From the NCBI GenBank assembly GCA_910583775.1, contig CAJTYD010000002.1:16428-80427 (forward strand): a stretch of DNA of 64,000 bases. Direction: 5' to 3'. Of this stretch, positions 30,008 through 37,443 are shown piece by piece. The translations under genes were made by a program, and so were the position numbers. Below the pieces are notes generated by a model. That model was not told the origin of the DNA and made no database searches. It worked only from the letters and a program-made list of their open reading frames with translations. How positions within the stretch are numbered: position 1 is the first letter of the stretch; the number at the start of each line of letters is the position of its first letter. Source of the stretch: an uncultured Muribaculaceae bacterium (GTDB lineage: Bacteria > Bacteroidota > Bacteroidia > Bacteroidales > Muribaculaceae).

Positions 30008-31352
30008 CGGTGGAATCGGGATTTCTTGAGATGTCGGATGGTTTGGGAGAGGGCTTCCTGCGGCGGCGCGGAGCGCGCGGCCGCTGAGGAGCGGCGGCAG
30101 GATTGTCGGCGCCGGACGGCGGCGTGACGCCGAGGCTGTCGGCGATCAGTTCGGCGACGTATTCGGAGGCCACCGAATTGCCGAGCTTGCGCTGCATCGC
30201 CTTGTAGCCCGAGATTTGCCAGTCGCGACGCGGCGACGACTGCAGAAGCGGCGAAAGCTCGCGGGCGATCGACGTCACCGTGCAGTTGTGCACCAGCAAC
30301 TCCGGCACGATGCTGTTGCCGACGATAAGGTTCGGCAGCGAAACATACTTCACCTTAAGCAGTTTCTCCATTATCTTGTAGGAAAGTTTCACGCCGTTGG
30401 CACGGTAGCATACCACCTGCGGCGTACCGATCAGGGCTGTCTCGAGCGTTGCCGTGCCGGAGGTAACGGCCGCGGCCTGGGAATATTTCAGAAGCGTCGG
30501 CGTGCAGCCGAAAACAACCTTAAGGCCCGGATCCTGAGCCACCTCGCGATAAAACTTCTCAGGAATCGCCGGGGCGCCCCCAATGACATACTGGAAATCC
30601 TTGAAACGCTTCGCAGCAGCAATCATCAGCGGAAGATTGTTGCGTATCTCCCCCTTTCGCGAGCCGGGAAGCAAAGCAATGATCGGCCGAGGGTCGTCGA
30701 TTCCCTGACGCTCGAGGAAATGACGCTTCGGCGGAATATGACCCATGCTGTAGGCAATCTCCTGAACGGATGGATTGCCCACATACGTCACGTTATAACC
30801 ATGTTTCTTGTAAAAGCCTACCTCGAAAGGAAGGATGGAATAGAGGCGGTCTACATATTTCTTTATCGCCTTGACGCGATATTCCTTCCAGGCCCAGACC
30901 TTGGGCGATATGAAATAATGCACCGGAATGCCGAGTTTATGGGCATAGCGGGCAAGCTTGAGGTTGAAACCGGGATAGTCGACAAGCACAAGCGCGTCGG
31001 GTCGGAACTCCCTGAGCAACTTTTTTGCCCGACGCAGGTTGCGGAAAATCTGAGGAAGCTTGCGAAGAACCTCGCTGAAACCCATCACATTCATCATATC
31101 GTAATGGAGATCGGGATTTCTTCGCGCCTCCTTGGCCATAAGGTCACCTCCGAAAAAGCGGATGTCGGCATCTCTGTCGATCTCCCTCAACGATTTGATC
31201 ACATTGGAGGCATGCAGGTCGCCGGAAGCCTCTCCGGCTATCAACATATATTTCATTCTTTTCGATATCGAATAAACACTATAACCACGCGCCTCGTCAG
31301 GCGCATGATTATAATATGACACCGTTCTTTCCCGTTGGTTTAATCTTCCCAT
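30003..31352 (-). CDS. lpxB: Lipid-A-disaccharide synthase (conserved part starts at ATG 31256)
   Basis: MKYMLIAGEASGDLHA, VDYPGFN, SPKVWAW, LLPGSR, TSGTATLE. Confidence 0.96.
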   Translation of the reverse strand: MGRLNQRERTVSYYNHAPDEARGYSVYSISKRMKYMLIAGEASGDLHASNVIKSLREIDRDADIRFFGGDLMAKEARRNPDLHYDMMNVMGFSEVLRKLPQIFRNLRRAKKLLREFRPDALVLVDYPGFNLKLARYAHKLGIPVHYFISPKVWAWKEYRVKAIKKYVDRLYSILPFEVGFYKKHGYNVTYVGNPSVQEIAYSMGHIPPKRHFLERQGIDDPRPIIALLPGSRKGEIRNNLPLMIAAAKRFKDFQYVIGGAPAIPEKFYREVAQDPGLKVVFGCTPTLLKYSQAAAVTSGTATLETALIGTPQVVCYRANGVKLSYKIMEKLLKVKYVSLPNLIVGNSIVPELLVHNCTVTSIARELSPLLQSSPRRDWQISGYKAMQRKLGNSVASEYVAELIADSLGVTPPSGADNPAAAPQRPRAPRRRRKPSPKPSDISRNPDSTE

Positions 31353-31377
31353 TTAAATTTACTCATTAAATTCAAAT

Positions 31378-31488
31378 GGGTTTATGGTTTGGGTTTAAGG
31401 TTTAGAAAATACCATTTGCTATGATATCCGAGACTTCAGGTAATATCTAAACCTTAAACCCAAATCTTAAACCCAAACCTTAAACTAA
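31378..31488. repeat. Dispersed palindromic element copy C
   Basis: ggtttagaaaataccat-N23-ggtaatatctaaacc with ggttta/taaacc repeats; abuts the terminase stop codon. Confidence 0.82.
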
Positions 31489-31489
31489 A

Positions 31490-33433
31490 TTACCAGGAGG
31501 CGTAGCCGGCCAGAGGACGGCGAGGCAGGCGGCGCGCGGAAACGCCCGATTCCATCGGAATATTCCTCACCGGGGCGTCCAGTTCGTGATAGATGATGTG
31601 GAGGCCGATGGCACGCGTCATCAGCAGGTCGTCGTGACAGCCGGCGATCGCGCCATACGACCCGTTCTGGCGCCGTTCGTAGCTCAGATACTCGTCGAGA
31701 CAGCATTCGTCGCGCTCCACATACATCCCCTCGCGGATAACCTTCACCAGCGTGGCGATAATCATCGGTTTCGTCGCCATGTTCGTATGGAAACCATACC
31801 GCGCGGGAGCTCCGCGGATCACGGCCTCCTCGCTCATGGGCCGTGCATATAGATTCGGATAACTGTCGCGCAGCCGGTTGAGGATGAAGTGAGACTGGTC
31901 GCCGTCGGTGTCGCGGTCGCGGTCGTGAGTCTCAAGCGTGTTGCTCTCGATCACGAGCAGTGCGTTGTCGTAAAACGCCGAGGCCTGCGCCGCCTTCTCC
32001 GTGAGCAGGTCGAAATCAGTGTGCCCGCGCCATTGCGCCACCACCTCCGGCGGCTCGCCGAACATTAGGGGAGCGCGGTCGAAGACCACGATCACGCTCC
32101 AGTCGGCCCGCGCCGACCGGCCGCCGACATCGACAACCGAAATGTAACGGTTTTCGAAGGAATTGATACGGTTTTCGAAGGAATTGTTACGCTCCGGCAA
32201 TTTCCAGACAGCCCACTCTCCCGATGAAATCGGAGAAAATCCGTCAGAATCGATCTCTCCGTGTAACGGAGGTGTTACGCATTTGTTACGCAAAGCCTCC
32301 ACTTTGTAACGGTCGAAGACCCTCGCTCCGGAGTGTACGAAGGCCTCCACGTCGTCCGACGGATATTCGGCCGCCATCAGTCCGTGATCGGAATATTTGC
32401 GTCTCTCCGCCACATACCACCGTATGGCCTCGAGAGTCGCTCCGGCCTCCCAGAGTTTCCAGAGATAGGCGCCCGGCTGCTCCCGGTCGGAGCGCGCGAT
32501 CTCCGACCGACGGTTCTGCAGAAGCATTTCCGCAAACTTTCCTCTCTCCTCCTCCGATGGAAACGGCAAAGAATAATGGTCGATGTCAAACCAGGGTATG
32601 AACATGGCTTCGAACTGCGACAGCCCACGCTTCGCCGCCTCATACTCGCGGTGGAAGAAATTGCCGGTGCCGTTGGCCGTCGACTCATAAATAATCATCG
32701 TCATCGGTTCGTAGAGAATGCCCGAGCAGGCTGAACGCAGTATATCCTCAGGGCTCTTGCCGTCGGTCTTCTTCCATATTCCCACTTCGGAACAATGCAC
32801 GAGGTTATAGTCACCCCCGCGGCAGGAGTCGGGACGCTCGGCCGTGCCGATCTTTATCTTGCAGTTTCTCGACCGGACTCGGAAGATCGCCCTCGACTTC
32901 CCTACGGGCTCCATCTTCTTTCCCTTATTACTCTTTTTGTCCTCAAAAGTCTCGGTTTCATCGCAAAATTCCTCGAGCAATTGCTCGGGATAGCTCTCCA
33001 TCATGCGGTCGAACATATCCTTGATTTCATCGGAGCCCACGCCCTGGTGGGCGATGATGAGCGAGTTCAGTCCGCGGCGGTGAACAAGCTGCAACCAGGC
33101 CATGTAGAGCTGCGAACAGGTGCTGCCGCCCCATTGTCTCGCTTTCAGAAGAATCAGACGGATCGGCTTCCCGGCGACGCGCATCCGCTCGAGCCGCTCA
33201 ACGAATTTCCGTTGCGGTCGGTTGAGCACGAACGGCACGTCGTCGCCGCCGCCCTTCCTCTTTATCCTCACATACTTCGCCGCCCAATAGGGAAAATCGC
33301 AGCGGCATCTCTCCCGCTCCGGCAAATTCGATTCTATGCCGGAGTCTGACAGCGGATCGAATCTGACGGAGATCTGAGCCAAGCGCCGGCGGTTCTCCTC
33401 AAGCAGGCTCCCTACGGTGATCTCCTCCATCAT
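31490..33433 (-). CDS. Phage terminase large subunit
   Basis: 647 aa; Walker A LKARQWGGST, Walker B-like LVHCSEVG, coupling motif IYESTANG, nuclease VDVGG..ADWSVI, LLVIESN, HDDLLMTRAI. Confidence 0.9.
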   Translation of the reverse strand: MMEEITVGSLLEENRRRLAQISVRFDPLSDSGIESNLPERERCRCDFPYWAAKYVRIKRKGGGDDVPFVLNRPQRKFVERLERMRVAGKPIRLILLKARQWGGSTCSQLYMAWLQLVHRRGLNSLIIAHQGVGSDEIKDMFDRMMESYPEQLLEEFCDETETFEDKKSNKGKKMEPVGKSRAIFRVRSRNCKIKIGTAERPDSCRGGDYNLVHCSEVGIWKKTDGKSPEDILRSACSGILYEPMTMIIYESTANGTGNFFHREYEAAKRGLSQFEAMFIPWFDIDHYSLPFPSEEERGKFAEMLLQNRRSEIARSDREQPGAYLWKLWEAGATLEAIRWYVAERRKYSDHGLMAAEYPSDDVEAFVHSGARVFDRYKVEALRNKCVTPPLHGEIDSDGFSPISSGEWAVWKLPERNNSFENRINSFENRYISVVDVGGRSARADWSVIVVFDRAPLMFGEPPEVVAQWRGHTDFDLLTEKAAQASAFYDNALLVIESNTLETHDRDRDTDGDQSHFILNRLRDSYPNLYARPMSEEAVIRGAPARYGFHTNMATKPMIIATLVKVIREGMYVERDECCLDEYLSYERRQNGSYGAIAGCHDDLLMTRAIGLHIIYHELDAPVRNIPMESGVSARRLPRRPLAGYASW

Positions 33434-33822
33434 CCCCTTATTCTATAGATTATCACCCGCGCCGACTTCGGAGTGAGATAAAACTCCGGCGCCGGCGAAT
33501 TCACCGCGCGAAAAGTGGCCTCCGTCACCGTGATTCCCGGTTCGCGCCGCATCTCCTCCCGCACTCTGATCAGAATCTCGATATACATCTCCCTCTTCTT
33601 GCGGTTCATGCCGAACATCATGTCCCCCTTTAGCATTTTCGAGATGACTTCCGCGGCCCGGCGCTCGCTCACCCAGAACCGCGACGCCGGCATCTTGGCC
33701 GCACGTGTGAAAAGTTCCTCGGTCGGGATAGTGCCCAACAGATACAACTGCGCCTTGAAGGCACTCTTCAACTCCTCGTTCCTTTGTTTCGTGAAATCCG
33801 AAACAGCACCTTTCTTCTTCAT
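33430..33822 (-). CDS. Small basic phage-type protein coupled to the terminase (possible small subunit or DNA-binding protein)
   Basis: 130 aa, basic; SRFWVSERRA and PAPEFYLTP motifs; 4-bp overlap with the terL start. Confidence 0.7.
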   Translation of the reverse strand: MKKKGAVSDFTKQRNEELKSAFKAQLYLLGTIPTEELFTRAAKMPASRFWVSERRAAEVISKMLKGDMMFGMNRKKREMYIEILIRVREEMRREPGITVTEATFRAVNSPAPEFYLTPKSARVIIYRIRG

Positions 33823-33985
33823 AATAGTGACAGTTTAAAATGAAAGTTAATGATTATCGGTTGCAAATATAATAGCATTGTTTATATTTTGCAAGCATAT
33901 TTGTTAACTTTGTAAATAAATAAGGTTTTGGGCTTTTATAAGCGCCCTAACTTTGTGGCATCAGACAAAAAAAAAACAGAAAGCA
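33823..33985. promoter_or_regulatory. Divergent promoter region of the phage-like module
   Basis: AT-rich; TAnnTTTG on the minus strand (33864-33871) and plus strand (33905-33912, 33948-33955); A10 tract at 33967-33976. Confidence 0.55.
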
Positions 33986-34648
33986 ATGAAAAAGAAAAAT
34001 GAAAATCCCGACAAGAGAGCCTTCGAGGTTGTGAAAAATCCCGATTCCATCGAAGAAAATAGTCTTTCCGATAACTCCGATAGCTCCGAGCCCTCCGAGA
34101 AATCCGATAGCTCCGATAACTCCGAGAACTCCGATAACTCCGATAACTCCGATAGCTCCGATAACTCCGAGCCCTCCGAGAAATCCGATAGCTCCGATAG
34201 CTCCGATAGCTCCGATAACCCCGATAGCTCCGATAACTCCGATCCCTCCGATAACCCCGATCCCTCCGATAACCCCGATCCCTCCGCGCCCTCTCGCGCT
34301 TTCCGCGACTTCAAGATAATCGCCGAGGCCTTCGCCAAAGGGCGCGGAATCCCCGAGAAAGATTATAGCAAAGTTATAGAGGCAGTGTCGGCGATCGGCC
34401 GTGGCTTCGCCGGCGAGGGAATCTCCCTCGATGTCTTCGAGCTCCTCCACAAGGGAATGGATTATGACCGCGCTGTCGCCGCAGCAGCCTCCGAAGCGGA
34501 GCTGAAAGGAAGAAACGCCGCAATCGAGGAAAGCGTCTTCCCCAAAAATCCTGACGACGGCCTCCCCCACTTCAACGCCTCGCACGGCGCGCCGAAACCG
34601 CGCCGAAGCAACTCCATCTTCGACCTCGCCCGCGAGGCCGGCATATAA
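33986..34648 (+). CDS. Putative capsid scaffold-like protein with Ser/Asp/Asn repeat insertion
   Basis: Directly upstream of the capsid-like gene; helical C-terminal part (YDRAVAAAASEAELKGRNAAI...DDGLPHF...SIFDLAREA). Confidence 0.6.
   Translation: MKKKNENPDKRAFEVVKNPDSIEENSLSDNSDSSEPSEKSDSSDNSENSDNSDNSDSSDNSEPSEKSDSSDSSDSSDNPDSSDNSDPSDNPDPSDNPDPSAPSRAFRDFKIIAEAFAKGRGIPEKDYSKVIEAVSAIGRGFAGEGISLDVFELLHKGMDYDRAVAAAASEAELKGRNAAIEESVFPKNPDDGLPHFNASHGAPKPRRSNSIFDLAREAGI
34066..34284 (+). repeat. In-frame 9-bp tandem repeat (CTCCGATAR variants)
   Basis: ctccgataa/ctccgatag/ccccgatcc units encoding SDN/SDS/PDP. Confidence 0.9.
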
Positions 34649-34700
34649 AAAATCGAGATTCTCGAAAAAATCAACATCAATCACCAAATTTTATATCACT

Positions 34701-36215
34701 ATGAGCGAAAGCAATCTTACTCCCGGCAGCGCCGGAATCCAGAGCCATCTTCCCGGCCAGCCCGCAACCGTCACCGGCGCCGCCGAAACCACCGGAGGCA
34801 TCATGTCCGGCAATTTCATCGAAAGCGACATCGACGACGAACTTTTCCGCTTCAACTCCGACGACACCCCGCTGATGAACCTGATGCTGCGCGCAAAGCG
34901 CGTGAAGGTAAACAGCCCCGAGGTGGACCATTACATGATCGACGAAGCGCGCAGCCATCTCACCGTCATCTCCGAGCTTCCGGCCCAGACACAGATGAAC
35001 GCCGTGCTGCCCCTCGGCCCCCAGGACCAGAACCTTCCCCGTCCCTACAGCACGCTGCTCGTCAAAGGCGTCGACGGCTTCAGCCCCGACGGGCAGTCGA
35101 TAACCCCAGGCAAGGAGCTCATGCTCTTCGTCACCGGTCAGGACCCGACCACAAACAACCCCGTGGTACGCGCCGTAAACGGCAAGAAGACCCAGAAGGA
35201 GGATGAGTTCTCCACTATTCCGAAGATTCCCGCCGGCACGCGAATCGTGATTCTCGCCAACTCCCTCTACGAGACACAGAAAGAGGTGGATCCCGATCTC
35301 ATCGTGCCCCAGCCCACGCGCGTATACCTCCAGAAGAGGGGCATGAACCAGGTGGTTTCCGACTATTTCGAGAGCCAGCGCAAGAGAATCCCCTTCTCCA
35401 AGGCGATCATCGCCGAGCAGGCAATCGCCAACTTCAAGGTGAGGGGCAACCGCACGCTCTGGGCGGGCCGTTCCGGCAAGTTCAAGCTCAACATTCCGCG
35501 CATGGGCCTTCAGTATGTCTATTGCACCGAAGGATTGCGCTGGCAGTTCAAGCGCGAGCTGATGCACAAGGGGAAATGGACCGTCGAAGACGTTATCGCC
35601 CTGGCCAAGATGTTCTTCACCGGCGAAGACGTGCCGAAGACCGCTCTGCTGCTGGCAGGCAAGAACCTCCTGGAGCAGATACAGTGTATCGACTTCTCGA
35701 AACATCCCGAGATCCAGATCATCACGAAGGTCAACAGCGTCGGCTGGAGCGTGACCAACTTCCACACCGTCTTCGGCGACATCGAGATCAAGCGCGAGCC
35801 CACGCTCGACCGCTTAGGCTGGAGCAACAGCGGCGCCCTGATAGGCGAAAACCGCCTCGTGCATTACGTCTACTCGGCGGAACACAGCTTCAGCGACCGT
35901 GTCGAGGGGGAGGAGGCAACCCGCAACGGCATTCTCATCTGGGACGCCCTTGCACTCAAGGGGAGCTGCCATATCTGGATCGACGGCGACAGCGACAAGT
36001 CGACCGACGGCGCATTCAGCTTCAAGATGTGGAGCGAGAAGACCGCTCCGACCGATCTTGTGGCCGGCGAGATCTACTATCTCACCGCCGACTGCCCCGG
36101 AATCGACAAGAACGCCGTTACAGGCCAGATGTGGCAGGTGATCAACACGATCAACTCCGAAGGCGACGAGACCTTGGGCTGGAAACTCTACAACGGCGAG
36201 ATCGAACTCGGCTGA
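34701..36215 (+). CDS. Probable phage major capsid protein
   Basis: 504 aa; DDTPLMNL...EVDHYMIDE N-arm/E-loop-like segment, YCTEGLRWQ, TNFHTVFGDIEIKREPTLD P-domain-like segment; terminase/scaffold context. Fold not verified. Confidence 0.72.
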   Translation: MSESNLTPGSAGIQSHLPGQPATVTGAAETTGGIMSGNFIESDIDDELFRFNSDDTPLMNLMLRAKRVKVNSPEVDHYMIDEARSHLTVISELPAQTQMNAVLPLGPQDQNLPRPYSTLLVKGVDGFSPDGQSITPGKELMLFVTGQDPTTNNPVVRAVNGKKTQKEDEFSTIPKIPAGTRIVILANSLYETQKEVDPDLIVPQPTRVYLQKRGMNQVVSDYFESQRKRIPFSKAIIAEQAIANFKVRGNRTLWAGRSGKFKLNIPRMGLQYVYCTEGLRWQFKRELMHKGKWTVEDVIALAKMFFTGEDVPKTALLLAGKNLLEQIQCIDFSKHPEIQIITKVNSVGWSVTNFHTVFGDIEIKREPTLDRLGWSNSGALIGENRLVHYVYSAEHSFSDRVEGEEATRNGILIWDALALKGSCHIWIDGDSDKSTDGAFSFKMWSEKTAPTDLVAGEIYYLTADCPGIDKNAVTGQMWQVINTINSEGDETLGWKLYNGEIELG

Positions 36216-36239
36216 CAAAACATAAAAGCATAATACGAT

Positions 36240-36452
36240 ATGAAGAGAACATACGCAGTTGCGGGGATGATGGAATGGAACGTCCTCATCCCCGCGGGGA
36301 GATCGACAGTGAGGGTGCATTTCTCCGGGGGAACCGTCACCGGCTACGGCGTCTCTCCGGCCACCTACACCACGGAGAACCCAGCAGTGATGCATCTGAT
36401 CGAGGCGAGTTTCTGGTACAGGAGCGGAAAAATAAAGCGTCTGGAGCAATGA
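36240..36452 (+). CDS. Small phage-type hypothetical protein
   Basis: 70 aa directly after the capsid gene; ATGA overlap with the next gene. Confidence 0.65.
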   Translation: MKRTYAVAGMMEWNVLIPAGRSTVRVHFSGGTVTGYGVSPATYTTENPAVMHLIEASFWYRSGKIKRLEQ

Positions 36453-37036
36453 GGATCGAGACCGACAAAATGGTGACGCTTGTGCTCCGGCTTCTCGACG
36501 AAGACAGCTCCTTTCTCCGCGACCGGGTGCAGTATGCCGACCCGGAGAGTCCGCTGGAAAATCTGATCGTCACCCTCCTGCCTCCGGTTGCCGAAGAGGT
36601 GATTCTCGCGGCCGAGCCGAAGGAGATCGACGAATATGAGGACTTCGACGCCGAGATCGAATGGATCGAGCCCGGACACGGGATCGTGGATCTTCCCGCC
36701 GACTATCTTCGCTTCTGTTGCTTCCGCATGAGCGACTGGAGCCGCAAGGTCACGATGCCGTTATCGGCCGAAGGGGAGAATTATATGCTCTATGCGAGGA
36801 ATTATTCGGGCCGCGTGCGCGGCAGGAAGCGGAGACCGGCGGTGGTCGTCACGGCCTCGGCCGGCGCAGCGCGCCTCGAATTCTTCGGCTCGCTCGATCC
36901 GGGAGCATATCCTGTGGAGACGGGCTATATCCCTAAGCCTCAGGATGATGACTGCGCCATGATGCGGATTCCGAGGGCGCTGATCTTCCGCGTCGCGGAG
37001 GCCACTGCAGAGAGAATTAAAAAAATTCGCTCCTGA
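36449..37036 (+). CDS. Putative head-completion / head-tail adaptor protein
   Basis: ATG at 36449 (MRIETDK..., 195 aa), the 3' part of the 35522-37036 ORF; LPADYLRF...MSDW and GRKRRPAV motifs. Confidence 0.6.
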   Translation: MRIETDKMVTLVLRLLDEDSSFLRDRVQYADPESPLENLIVTLLPPVAEEVILAAEPKEIDEYEDFDAEIEWIEPGHGIVDLPADYLRFCCFRMSDWSRKVTMPLSAEGENYMLYARNYSGRVRGRKRRPAVVVTASAGAARLEFFGSLDPGAYPVETGYIPKPQDDDCAMMRIPRALIFRVAEATAERIKKIRS

Positions 37037-37443
37037 AAGAGGAATTATAATTCCTGAAAAAGAGTGACAAATCAGTAAAACGTTTGAAAACGAGGGATAA
37101 TCGGTCAGTGACTGAAATATCCCTCGTTTTTGCATATTTTAACGATTTTTCAGAGCCTTAAACTGATATAAATTTGCAACCGAAATAATTCGTCAGGAAA
37201 CTGCCAGGCACTTGTATCCCTTATTATTTGCAGTTTCTTGAATCGGCTCCATCATTTATTAGTGAAAGCAGTTGCGTTGTAATCAATCAGATAAAGAAGG
37301 TTAACATAATCAGGAGCCCAGGAAAAAAAGATAAAGGCAGAAAGAGATTTGCAGAAGGTCGGATAAATTTGGTTTCATTCTCTCGGCAGAGGGGATGAAA
37401 CTTCATGAAAAACTTTTAAACCAATATATTAACCCTAACATTT

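Noticed and set aside
33947..34687. Minus-strand ORF with GVIGAI repeats
   Set aside because: It is the antisense reading of the 9-bp repeat in the scaffold-like gene; the plus-strand ORF fits the operon.
35522..37036. 504-aa ORF in the -1 frame overlapping the capsid gene, suggesting a programmed frameshift fusion to the adaptor gene
   Set aside because: The upstream part is Arg-rich shadow translation typical of GC-biased codons, and I found no in-frame canonical slippery heptamer. The real gene most likely starts at ATG 36449.
31490..37036. Complete inducible prophage
   Set aside because: It is only 5.5 kb and lacks integrase, replication, portal, tail and lysis genes.
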